A stretch of 32,000 bases of DNA from NCBI RefSeq assembly GCF_001457615.1, contig NZ_LN831024.1, positions 1,080,001-1,112,000 on the forward strand. The letters are read 5' to 3'. The position numbers were made by a program, and so were the translations under genes. A model generated the notes under the pieces. That model was given only the letters and a program-made list of their open reading frames with translations, did no database searches and was not told where the DNA came from. The stretch comes from Pseudomonas aeruginosa. GTDB taxonomy: Bacteria; Pseudomonadota; Gammaproteobacteria; Pseudomonadales; Pseudomonadaceae. Shown here one piece after another: positions 1 through 7,340 of the stretch (the stretch's first letter is position 1; each line of letters begins with the position of its first letter).

Positions 1-873
1 CGGCGCTCCGGCTTGGCCGAGCAGGCGCCGCAGACCGGCCAGCGATGGGTCTGGCGTTGCCCCGCCAAAATTCAGATGCTGCGGCAGGATTTCTTCCTTG
101 TCGCTGACCAGCAGGGCGAAGTGGACGACGTTTTCCAGCTCGCGGATGTTGCCTGGCCAGGGATAGCTCTCGAGGATCCGCTGGGTTTCCACGCCGATGG
201 CCGGCACCGGCAGGTCCAGGCGCTGGGCATAGACGCCGACGAAGTATTCCGCCAGCGGCAGGATGTCTCCCGGACGTTCGCGCAATGGCGGCAGGCTCAG
301 GCGGCCGTCGTGCAGGTATTGTTGCAGGCCGGCCAGGAACTTGCCGGCGCGCACCGCCTGGTCCAGGTCGACGCTGGTGGCGGTGACCAGGCGCACGTCA
401 TGGGGAATCGGCTGCTGCGCGCCGACCCGCAGCACCTCGCGTTCCTCCAGCGTCTGTAGCAGCCTGGCCTGCAGCGTCAGCGGCAGGTCGGCGATCTCGT
501 CCAGGTACAGGGTGCCGCCATTGGCCGAACCGAACCAGCCGGCGCGGCTGCCGACCGGGCCGTTATGGGCGCCGGGAGCGTAGCCGAACAGCTCGGCTTC
601 GGCATGGTTGCGACTGAGGGCGCTGCAACTGACCGCAACGAACAGACCGGCGCGTTCGCTGTGGCGGTGGATCTGCCGGGCGAGCAGCTCCTTGCCGGTG
701 CCGGTCTCGCCTTCGATCAGCACCGGCTGGCCCTGTGGCGCGAGGCGCTCGAGTTCTTCGCGGACCCGGTGCGAGCGTGGGTCGAAGAACACCAGGGCCT
801 TGGCGCGGATGCTCAGCGGACTGCGGTCGGCGTCGGGGAAGGTCAGCGGCGCGGGGCGTGGTTTCTCGCTCAT
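1..873 (-). CDS. NtrC-family AAA+ (sigma-54-interaction-domain) transcriptional regulator, first 291 codons; the 3' end lies beyond the left window edge
   Basis: This ORF is absent from the track because it runs off the edge. The minus-strand ATG is at 873-871, with AAGGAG 6 nt upstream (rc of 880-885). Hand translation gives MSEKPRPAPLTFPDADRSPLSIRAKALVFFDPRSHRVREELERLAPQGQPVLIEGETGTGKELLARQIHRH..GGTLYLDEIADLPLTLQARLLQTLEEREVLRVG..ESYPWPGNIRELENVVH. It contains Walker A GETGTGKE, Walker B LYLDEI and the WPGNIRELEN signature. There is no receiver domain ahead of the AAA+ core. Confidence 0.85.
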   Translation of the reverse strand, partial: MSEKPRPAPLTFPDADRSPLSIRAKALVFFDPRSHRVREELERLAPQGQPVLIEGETGTGKELLARQIHRHSERAGLFVAVSCSALSRNHAEAELFGYAPGAHNGPVGSRAGWFGSANGGTLYLDEIADLPLTLQARLLQTLEEREVLRVGAQQPIPHDVRLVTATSVDLDQAVRAGKFLAGLQQYLHDGRLSLPPLRERPGDILPLAEYFVGVYAQRLDLPVPAIGVETQRILESYPWPGNIRELENVVHFALLVSDKEEILPQHLNFGGATPDPSLAGLRRLLGQAGAP

Positions 874-1047
874 GGGTAACTCCTTGGCGGCACGGGGCGC
901 CTCCAGCGCCTGCGCCGCGACGACGGCCGGAACGGCTGCGGGCGGGGGCCGTTGCGGAAAAAGAAACGCCGGTGCAAGCCATGCGACACCGGCGTGAACA
1001 AGGGGCGCTGCAACGGCGCCCAGCGTGGGAGTCGGGACGGGCTGGGG

Positions 1048-1827
1048 TCAGAAGGCCGGGACCACCGCGCCGGCATATTTCTTCTCGATGAAGGCTTTCA
1101 CTTCCGGGCTGGTCAGCGCGGCGGAAAGCTTCTTCAGGGCGTCGCTATCCTTGTTGTCAGGACGCGCCACCAGGTAGTTCACATAGGGCGAATCGCGGTC
1201 TTCCAGGACCAGCGCGTCCTTGGCCGGGTTGAGCTTGGCCTCCAGCGCGTAGTTGGTGTTGATCAGGTCCAGGTCGACCTGGTCCAGCACGCGCGGCAAC
1301 AGGGCCGATTCGAGTTCCTTGAACTTCAGGTTCTTCGGGTTCTCGGCGATGTCCTTGGGCGTGGCCAGGGCGTTGTTCGGGTCCTTCAGCTTGAGCAGGC
1401 CGGCCTTCTGCAACAGCAGCAGGGCGCGCCCGCTGTTGCTGCCTTCGTTGGGGATGGCGACGGTGGCGCCGTCGGGCAGCTCGGCCAGCGACTTGTATTT
1501 CCTCGAATAGCCACCGAAGGGTTCGACGTGTACGCCGACCACGGTGACCAGGTTGGTGCCCTTGCCTTTGTTGAAGTTCTCCAGGTACGGCAGGGTCTGG
1601 AAGTAGTTGGCGTCCAGACGCTTCTCGGCGACCTGCACGTTGGGCTGCACGTAGTCGGTGAACACCTTGATCTGCAGGTCGACGCCTTCCTTCGCCAGGG
1701 TCGGCTTGATGAGTTCGAGGATTTCCGCGTGAGGGATCGGCGTGGCGGCGACGATGAGCTTTTCCGCGGCGCTGGCGGAAACGCTGATGACGGAGGCCAG
1801 GGCAGTCAGCAGGAGCAGTTTTTTCAT
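1048..1827 (-). CDS. MetQ/NlpA-family periplasmic substrate-binding protein (methionine or organosulfur type), with no adjacent ABC permease or ATPase
   Basis: 259-aa ORF. It has a Sec signal MKKLLLLTALASVISVSASA/AE and no lipobox Cys. The body (KLIVAATPIPHAEILE..DANYFQTLPYLENFNK..PNEGSNSGRALLLL) is typical of the NlpA/MetQ family. AAGGA lies 8 nt upstream of the ATG. Confidence 0.85.
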   Translation of the reverse strand: MKKLLLLTALASVISVSASAAEKLIVAATPIPHAEILELIKPTLAKEGVDLQIKVFTDYVQPNVQVAEKRLDANYFQTLPYLENFNKGKGTNLVTVVGVHVEPFGGYSRKYKSLAELPDGATVAIPNEGSNSGRALLLLQKAGLLKLKDPNNALATPKDIAENPKNLKFKELESALLPRVLDQVDLDLINTNYALEAKLNPAKDALVLEDRDSPYVNYLVARPDNKDSDALKKLSAALTSPEVKAFIEKKYAGAVVPAF

Positions 1828-1930
1828 TCTTCGATCCTTGTAGGGCGATGTCCGCCGCTGCGCGCAGGGCGGTGAAGGAGGGGCGCCAACACGCGAGGGG
1901 CGGCTTGAAGGGGAGAGTAGCGACTCTTTT

Positions 1931-1970
1931 TATTCCATAAAAATATTATTTGTTTATTTTTATATTCCAT
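1931..1970. promoter_or_regulatory. AT-rich island (about 1921-1980) carrying two TATTCCAT direct repeats 32 bp apart, between the divergent binding-protein gene and cioA
   Basis: TATTCCAT occurs at 1931-1938 and 1963-1970. They sit inside the only strongly AT-rich stretch of this intergenic region, 104-143 bp upstream of the minus-strand ATG at 1827 and about 300 bp upstream of cioA. Confidence 0.3.
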
Positions 1971-2061
1971 GAATGAATATGCGAGGGCTGAGGCAATTTG
2001 TCTCGCGACAACCGACCACAGCAGGACGGTCTAGGCTAACGGGTAAGATTTTCGTACCGAA

Positions 2062-2075
2062 TTGCTCTGCATCAA
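2062..2075. promoter_or_regulatory. Anr/FNR-like box (TTGCT-N4-ATCAA) in the cioA upstream region
   Basis: TTGCTctgcATCAA matches the TTGAT-N4-ATCAA consensus at 9 of 10 positions, about 190 bp upstream of the cioA ATG. Repression of cioAB by Anr is established knowledge. The assignment of this particular site is inference. Confidence 0.35.
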
Positions 2076-2264
2076 GGCGGGTGGTCCGGGAATCTGCTTG
2101 CGACCCTTCCCGCATTCCTGCCATCCAGGGCTGCGGTCGCTTTCCAATGACAAGAACGATAGCTGAAGGATGTGTTCCAAAACCTTGCGTAGCGTTGCGC
2201 GTGAGGAAGCACGGCCGAATCCGCACGTAAGCCGGAAGGGCCGAGAACCTGAAGAGGAGTTGCC

Positions 2265-3731
2265 ATGTTCGGATTGGAGGCTATCGACCTTGCCCGCATC
2301 CAGTTCGCGTTCACCGTGTCCTTCCACATCATCTTCCCGGCGATCACCATCGGGTTGGCCAGCTACCTGGCCGTACTGGAAGGCCTCTGGCTGAAAACGA
2401 ACGAAGAGGTCTACCGCGACCTCTATCATTTCTGGTCGAAGATTTTCGCGGTCAACTTCGGCATGGGCGTGGTGTCCGGGCTGGTCATGGCGTACCAGTT
2501 CGGCACCAACTGGAGCCATTTCTCCGACTTCGCCGGGTCCATCACCGGTCCGCTGCTGACCTACGAGGTGCTCACCGCGTTCTTCCTCGAGGCCGGTTTC
2601 CTCGGGGTCATGCTGTTCGGCTGGAACCGCGTGGGACCGGGCCTGCATTTCTTCGCCACGGTGATGGTGGCGATCGGCACGCTGATCTCGACGTTCTGGA
2701 TCCTCGCTTCCAACAGCTGGATGCAGACCCCGCAGGGCTTCGAGATCGTCGACGGTCGGGTGATCCCGGTGGACTGGGTGGCGGTGATCTTCAACCCGTC
2801 GTTCCCCTACCGCCTGCTGCACATGTCGGTCGCCGCGTTCCTCGCCACCGCCTTCTTCGTCGGCGCCTCGGCCGCCTGGCACCTGCTGCGCGGGCGCGAC
2901 AACCCGGCGATCCGCAAGATGCTCTCGATGGCCATGTGGATGGCGCTGATCGTCGCCCCGGTACAGGCGCTGATCGGCGATGCCCATGGCCTCAACACCC
3001 TGGAGCACCAGCCGGCGAAGATCGCCGCGATGGAAGGCCACTGGGACAACAGCAGCGGCGAGCCGACCCCGCTGATCCTGTTCGGCTGGCCGGACATGCA
3101 GCGCGAGGAAACCCGCTTCAAGGTGGAGATCCCGGTGCTCGGCAGCCTGATCCTCAAGCACAGCCTGACCGAGCCGATCCCGGCGCTGAAGGACTTCCCG
3201 CCGGAAGACCGGCCGAACTCCACCGTGGTGTTCTGGTCGTTCCGGATCATGGCCGGCCTCGGCATGCTGATGATCCTGGTCGGCGTCTGGAGCCTGTGGC
3301 TGCGCTGGCGCGGCCAGGACAAGCTGTTCAACTCGAAGGCCTTCCTGCGCCTGACCCTGCTGATGGGACCGTCCGGCCTGATCGCGATCCTCGCCGGCTG
3401 GTTCACTACCGAGATGGGCCGCCAGCCCTGGGTGGTCTACGGGCTGATGCGCACCGCCGACGCCTCCTCGGCGCAGAGCGTGACGCAGATGAGCCTGACC
3501 CTGCTGACCTTCGTGGTGGTGTACTTCTCGCTGTTCGGCGTCGGCATCGGCTACATGATGCGCCTGGTGCGCAAGGGCCCGGTCACCCATGAGGGACGCG
3601 AGACCAACCCGGGAGGCGCCGGGCAGAAGCGCACGCCGGCGCGGCCGTTGTCGGCCGCCGGCGAAGGTTTCGACGAAGAGCACGACGGCCACGCGCAAGC
3701 GGCCGACCGCGACCAGGACAAGAGGAACTGA
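2265..3731 (+). CDS. cioA: Cyanide-insensitive terminal oxidase (cytochrome bd-type quinol oxidase) subunit I
   Basis: 488 aa. The CydA-type N-terminus is MFGLEAIDLARIQFAFTVSFHIIFPAITIG. The protein is polytopic and has a short Q-loop as in CIO-type enzymes. GAGGAG RBS. It is followed after 3 nt by subunit II. Confidence 0.93.
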   Translation: MFGLEAIDLARIQFAFTVSFHIIFPAITIGLASYLAVLEGLWLKTNEEVYRDLYHFWSKIFAVNFGMGVVSGLVMAYQFGTNWSHFSDFAGSITGPLLTYEVLTAFFLEAGFLGVMLFGWNRVGPGLHFFATVMVAIGTLISTFWILASNSWMQTPQGFEIVDGRVIPVDWVAVIFNPSFPYRLLHMSVAAFLATAFFVGASAAWHLLRGRDNPAIRKMLSMAMWMALIVAPVQALIGDAHGLNTLEHQPAKIAAMEGHWDNSSGEPTPLILFGWPDMQREETRFKVEIPVLGSLILKHSLTEPIPALKDFPPEDRPNSTVVFWSFRIMAGLGMLMILVGVWSLWLRWRGQDKLFNSKAFLRLTLLMGPSGLIAILAGWFTTEMGRQPWVVYGLMRTADASSAQSVTQMSLTLLTFVVVYFSLFGVGIGYMMRLVRKGPVTHEGRETNPGGAGQKRTPARPLSAAGEGFDEEHDGHAQAADRDQDKRN

Positions 3732-3734
3732 GAC

Positions 3735-4742
3735 ATGGGTATCGATCTTCCCCTCATCTGGGCGGTCATCATCATCTTCGGCATCATGATGTACGTGGTG
3801 ATGGACGGCTTCGACCTGGGCATCGGCATGCTCTATCCGTTCTTCAAGGACAGCGGCGACCGCGATGTGATGATGAACACCGTGGCGCCAGTCTGGGACG
3901 GCAACGAGACCTGGCTGGTGCTGGGCGGCGCGGCGCTGTTCGGGGCCTTCCCGCTGGCCTACGCGGTGGTCCTGTCGGCGCTCTACCTGCCGTTGATCTT
4001 CATGCTCGTCGGGCTGATCTTCCGCGGCGTCGCCTTCGAGTTCCGCTTCAAGGCCAAGCCGGCCAAGCAGCACATCTGGGACAAGGCGTTCATCGGCGGT
4101 TCGCTGGTGGCGACCTTCTTCCAGGGCGTGGCGCTGGGCGCCTTCATCGAAGGCATCCCGGTGGAGAACCGCAGCTTCGCCGGCGGTTCGCTGGACTGGA
4201 TCGCGCCGTTCCCGCTGTTCTGCGGCCTGGCCCTGATCGTCGCCTACACCCTGCTTGGCTGCACCTGGCTGATCATGAAGACCGAAGGCCGCCTGCAGGA
4301 GCGCATGCACGACCTGGCGCGCCCGCTGGCGCTGGTGCTGCTGGCGATCATCGGGGTGGTCAGCCTGTGGACGCCGCTGGCCCATGCCGAGATCGCCGCA
4401 CGCTGGTTCAGCCTGCCGAACCTGTTCTGGTTCCTGCCGGTGCCGATCCTGGTCCTGGTGACTTTCTATGCGCTGCTGCGCTCGGTGGCCAACAACGACC
4501 ACGTGAAGCCGTTCGTGCTCACCCTGGTGTTGATCTTCCTCGGCTACAGCGGCCTGGGGATCAGCCTGTGGCCGAACATCATCCCGCCGGCGGTGAGCAT
4601 CTGGGAGGCCTCGGCGCCGCCGCAGAGCCAGGGCTTCATGCTGGTCGGCGCGCTGTTCATCATTCCCTTCATCCTCGGCTACACCGCCTGGAGCTACTAC
4701 GTGTTCCGCGGCAAGGTGAAGCACGGCGATGGCTATCACTGA
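3735..4742 (+). CDS. cioB: Cyanide-insensitive terminal oxidase subunit II
   Basis: 335 aa. The CydB-type N-terminus is MGIDLPLIWAVIIIFGIMMYVVMDGFDLGIGML, followed by WDGNETWLV. It is tightly coupled to cioA. Confidence 0.93.
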   Translation: MGIDLPLIWAVIIIFGIMMYVVMDGFDLGIGMLYPFFKDSGDRDVMMNTVAPVWDGNETWLVLGGAALFGAFPLAYAVVLSALYLPLIFMLVGLIFRGVAFEFRFKAKPAKQHIWDKAFIGGSLVATFFQGVALGAFIEGIPVENRSFAGGSLDWIAPFPLFCGLALIVAYTLLGCTWLIMKTEGRLQERMHDLARPLALVLLAIIGVVSLWTPLAHAEIAARWFSLPNLFWFLPVPILVLVTFYALLRSVANNDHVKPFVLTLVLIFLGYSGLGISLWPNIIPPAVSIWEASAPPQSQGFMLVGALFIIPFILGYTAWSYYVFRGKVKHGDGYH

Positions 4743-4755
4743 GGAGGCGCCGCAT

Positions 4756-4926
4756 ATGGTCCGTACGCCGAGTCATCCCGAACGAGATAGCGCGGCCAAA
4801 CCACCGCTCTGGCGACGCCTGGCCTGGCTGGCGGGTATCTGGACCGCCAGCGTGCTGGCCCTGGGCGTCGCCGCCTGGCTGATGCGCCTGTTCATGAGCG
4901 CGGCGGGGCTGGGCGTTCCGCACTGA
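4756..4926 (+). CDS. Small single-pass membrane protein, DUF2474-like, downstream of cioB
   Basis: I prefer the ATG at 4756 because a strong GAGGAGG (4741-4747) lies 8 nt upstream. The track ORF starts at ATG 4729 and overlaps the cioB stop (ATGGCTATCACTGA). The product is MVRTPSHPERDSAAKPPLWRRLAWLAGIWTASVLALGVAAWLMRLFMSAAGLGVPH, with one predicted TM helix. It is followed by tandem terminators. Confidence 0.6.
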   Translation: MVRTPSHPERDSAAKPPLWRRLAWLAGIWTASVLALGVAAWLMRLFMSAAGLGVPH

Positions 4927-4941
4927 TCGACGATCCCATCC

Positions 4942-4994
4942 GGGCGCTCCGGCGCCCTTTTCCGAGAGCCCTCCGCTGGAGGGCTTCTTTTTGT
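4942..4994 (+). terminator. Tandem rho-independent terminators ending the cio operon
   Basis: Hairpin 1 is GGGCGC-tccg-GCGCCC followed by TTTT (4942-4961). Hairpin 2 is AGCCCTCC-gct-GGAGGGCT followed by TCTTTTTG (4967-4994). Confidence 0.75.
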
Positions 4995-5014
4995 CCGCCG
5001 ATCCGCCAGTGCTC

Positions 5015-5225
5015 GGTGTTGCGCCGTAGGGCGTCAATCCTCGCGTTCCCGCCTTGCACCATCCAGGCCGGTTCGGCGGATAACCGCGCTGCGGTTATGC
5101 GCCCTACGGGAGCCTTGGCGGCGGATGCGCCCTAGCGGCGCCTTGGTAGGGCGAATGACGCCGCAGGCGTTATCCGCCGATTCGCGGTTGCTTGGCGTTG
5201 CGCCGTGGGGCATCAGTCCTCGCGG
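5015..5225. repeat. REP (repetitive extragenic palindrome) cluster: two full REPs in opposite orientation, flanked by a 31-bp direct repeat
   Basis: The two REPs are GGCGGATAACCGCGCTGCGGTTATGCGCCCTAC (5075-5107) and GTAGGGCGAATGACGCCGCAGGCGTTATCCGCC (5146-5178). The flanking direct repeat is GGTGTTGCGCCGTAGGGCGTCAATCCTCGCG (5015-5045) and GGCGTTGCGCCGTGGGGCATCAGTCCTCGCG (5194-5224), identical at 27 of 31 positions. The same REP family recurs at 31409-31488. Confidence 0.75.
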
Positions 5226-6046
5226 CCCCTGACCCGTGCCAGTTGCTCCAGTCGCCCCAGGTAGTCGCGCGGGGTTTCGCCGAGCAGGCGGCGGAACATG
5301 CTGCTGAAGGCCCGCGTACTGCCATAGCCGAGGTCGCGGGCGACCACCTGCACGCTGTCGCCGGCCAGCAGGCGCGGCAGGGCTTCGGTCAGGCGCAGTT
5401 GCTGGCGCCACTCATGGAAGCTCATCTGCAATTCCTGGGCGAACAGCCGCGCCAGGGTGCGCGAGCTGGCGCCGACCCGCAGGCCCCAGTCATCGAGGGT
5501 CAGCCCCAGTTCCGGCTGTTTCAGCAATGCCTGGCAGATCGCCTGCAAGCGGCGGTCGCGGGGCATCGGCAGGTACAGCGGCATCCGTTCGAGGTTGGCG
5601 ATCTCGCTGAGGATCAGCCCTTGCAGGCGCTGGCGGAAGTCGTCCAGGCGCGGCTGGCTCTCGAGGTGGATGGCGCGCAGGATCATTTCCCGCAGCAGCG
5701 GCGTCACCGCCAGTACGCAACAGTCGCTTAGCGGTGTCGGCGTTTCGGGTTGCTCGATGAACAGGGTGCGCATGTGCACCTCGCCGGACATGAATATCTC
5801 GTGCTCCACCCGGGGCGGAATCCATACCGCGCGGGTCGGCGGGATCACCCAGGCGCCGTGGTGGGTGGCCAGGCGCATCAGGCCGCGAGCGGCGTAGAGG
5901 AACTGCGCCTGCGGGTGGAAATGCCGCCCCAGGTGATGGCTGTCGGGGAAGTCGAGGGAGATGGCGGCCAGCAGGCCGTCCGGGCGGTGCTCGATCAGCA
6001 TGTCCGTTTCGATGACCTCGCTGTCCTGTCTGCGCTTTTCGGTCAA
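5213..6046 (-). CDS. AraC/XylS-family transcriptional regulator (N-terminal cupin-like domain, C-terminal double HTH)
   Basis: 277-aa track ORF. The C-terminal region LQAICQALLKQPELGLTLDDWGLRVGASSRTLARLFAQELQMSFHEWRQQLRL..VARDLGYGSTRAFSSMFRRLLGETPRDYL is a classic AraC HTH pair. The start at 6046 is a TTG. The first ATG is at 6001 (MLIEHRPDG..), which would give 262 aa. Confidence 0.85.
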   Translation of the reverse strand: MTEKRRQDSEVIETDMLIEHRPDGLLAAISLDFPDSHHLGRHFHPQAQFLYAARGLMRLATHHGAWVIPPTRAVWIPPRVEHEIFMSGEVHMRTLFIEQPETPTPLSDCCVLAVTPLLREMILRAIHLESQPRLDDFRQRLQGLILSEIANLERMPLYLPMPRDRRLQAICQALLKQPELGLTLDDWGLRVGASSRTLARLFAQELQMSFHEWRQQLRLTEALPRLLAGDSVQVVARDLGYGSTRAFSSMFRRLLGETPRDYLGRLEQLARVRGRED

Positions 6047-6063
6047 CCTATCATGCCCGGGTC

Positions 6064-7284
6064 ATGACGCCCATTCCTCACCGACCATTCAGACCGCACG
6101 CCATGAACCGACCTCGAACCGTTATCCGCTTCATCAACGCCGCGCATGTCATCGACCACATGTTCATGCTGATCTTCCCCGCCGCCGTGCTCGGCATGGC
6201 CGGCAGCTTCGACCTCGACTACGCCGGTCTGATCGGCCTGTCGCTGGGCGGTTTCATCGCCTTCGGCGCCTGTTCGCTGCCGGCTGGCTGGCTGGGCGAT
6301 ACCTGGAGCCGGCGGCGGATGATGCTGCTGTTCTTCTTCGGCATCGGCGCCGCCGCGCTGCTCACCGGGCTGGCCGGCAGCGTACCGATGCTGGTGACCG
6401 GGCTGACCCTGATCGGGGTGTTCGCCGCGATCTACCACCCGGTCGGCACCGCGATGCTGGTGGCACACGCGGAGAACCGCGGCCGCGAGATCGGCATCAA
6501 CGGCATGTGGGGTAACCTCGGGGTCGCCTTCGCCGCGCTGCTTACCGGCTTTCTCACCGCGCACTTCGGTTGGCGTGCGGCGTTCATCCTGCCCGGCGGG
6601 GTGGCCATCCTGCTCGGCATCGGCTTTTTCTTCTGCGTGCGCGAGGAGCCATCGCCGCACCTGTCGGCCAAGGCCGCGGCGCGTGGCGAGGACAGCGAGG
6701 GCCTGTCGATGCGCCGGGTGTTCGGCGTGCTGGCGCTGGTCACCGCCACCGGCGGGGTGGTGTTCAACGCCAGCACCGTGACCTACCCGAAGCTGTTCCA
6801 GGAGCGCCTGAGCGACTTGCTGGCGTCGCCGCAGACCCTCGGCGTGGTGGTCAGCCTGGCCTATGCCTTCGGCGCGGTGGCGCAACTGATCATGGGGCGC
6901 CTGATCGATCGCCTGAACCTGAAGTTGCCGTTCGTCTTCCTCACCTTCTGCCAGGTGCCGCTGCTGCTGGCCCTGGCCTACGGCCACGGCAGCGCAGTGG
7001 TGCTGTTCGGCGCGCTGTTCATGTTCGCGGTGTTCGGCCAGGTGACGGTGAACGATGCGATGGTCGCCCACTTTGTCGCGCCGCAGTGGCAGGCGCGGGT
7101 CTTCGCCCTGCGCTATTTCCTGTCGTTCGGCGCCAGCGCGGCGGCGATCCCGATGATCGCCTACCTGGAGCCACGGCAGGGGCTGCTGGGGTTGTACCTG
7201 GTACTGGCGGGCTTCGCCGCGCTGACCTTCGCCGCGGCGCTGGTGTTTCCGCGTCCGGCGCGCAGCGCCGCGGTGGGCACCTGA
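6064..7284 (+). CDS. Major facilitator superfamily transporter, substrate unknown
   Basis: 406-aa hydrophobic ORF with about 12 predicted TM segments and an MFS motif-A-like GWLGDTWSRRRMM. An alternative ATG at 6103 (MNRPRTVIRF..) is plausible because codons 2-13 of the long form include several rare codons (cga, aga, att, cct, cca). Confidence 0.85.
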   Translation: MTPIPHRPFRPHAMNRPRTVIRFINAAHVIDHMFMLIFPAAVLGMAGSFDLDYAGLIGLSLGGFIAFGACSLPAGWLGDTWSRRRMMLLFFFGIGAAALLTGLAGSVPMLVTGLTLIGVFAAIYHPVGTAMLVAHAENRGREIGINGMWGNLGVAFAALLTGFLTAHFGWRAAFILPGGVAILLGIGFFFCVREEPSPHLSAKAAARGEDSEGLSMRRVFGVLALVTATGGVVFNASTVTYPKLFQERLSDLLASPQTLGVVVSLAYAFGAVAQLIMGRLIDRLNLKLPFVFLTFCQVPLLLALAYGHGSAVVLFGALFMFAVFGQVTVNDAMVAHFVAPQWQARVFALRYFLSFGASAAAIPMIAYLEPRQGLLGLYLVLAGFAALTFAAALVFPRPARSAAVGT

Positions 7285-7291
7285 GGAAGAG

Positions 7292-7323
7292 GGCGCCCGG
7301 ACAGCGCGAGCCGGCCGGGCGCC
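7292..7323. terminator. GC-rich hairpin between the convergent MFS and thiolase genes (probable bidirectional terminator)
   Basis: GGCGCCCGG (7292-7300) pairs with CCGGGCGCC (7315-7323). No clean U-tract follows. Confidence 0.45.
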
Positions 7324-7340
7324 GATGGCTCAACGCCGTA

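Noticed and set aside
1870-1890. Sigma-54 promoter for the MetQ-like gene: TGGCGC-N5-CTTCA on the minus strand.
   Set aside because: The -24 element is good, but the -12 element lacks the conserved GC (CTTCA in place of TTGCA). It is not callable as an RpoN promoter from sequence alone, so I kept it only as context for the GAFTGA finding.
2031-4739. 902-aa ORF antisense to cioA-cioB. Similar giant ORFs lie antisense to real genes or overlap them out of frame: 10540..13761(-) 1073 aa, 26415..30449(-) 1344 aa, 6570..8549(+) 659 aa, 14386..17157(+) 923 aa, 17268..19391(+) 707 aa and 8598..10421(-) 607 aa.
   Set aside because: These are high-GC artefacts, because stop codons are rare in off-frames of about 67% GC DNA. 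Their translations are low-complexity runs rich in Arg, Ala, Gly, Pro, Asp and His, with no recognisable motifs. The opposite or alternate frame encodes proteins with clear family signatures in every case.
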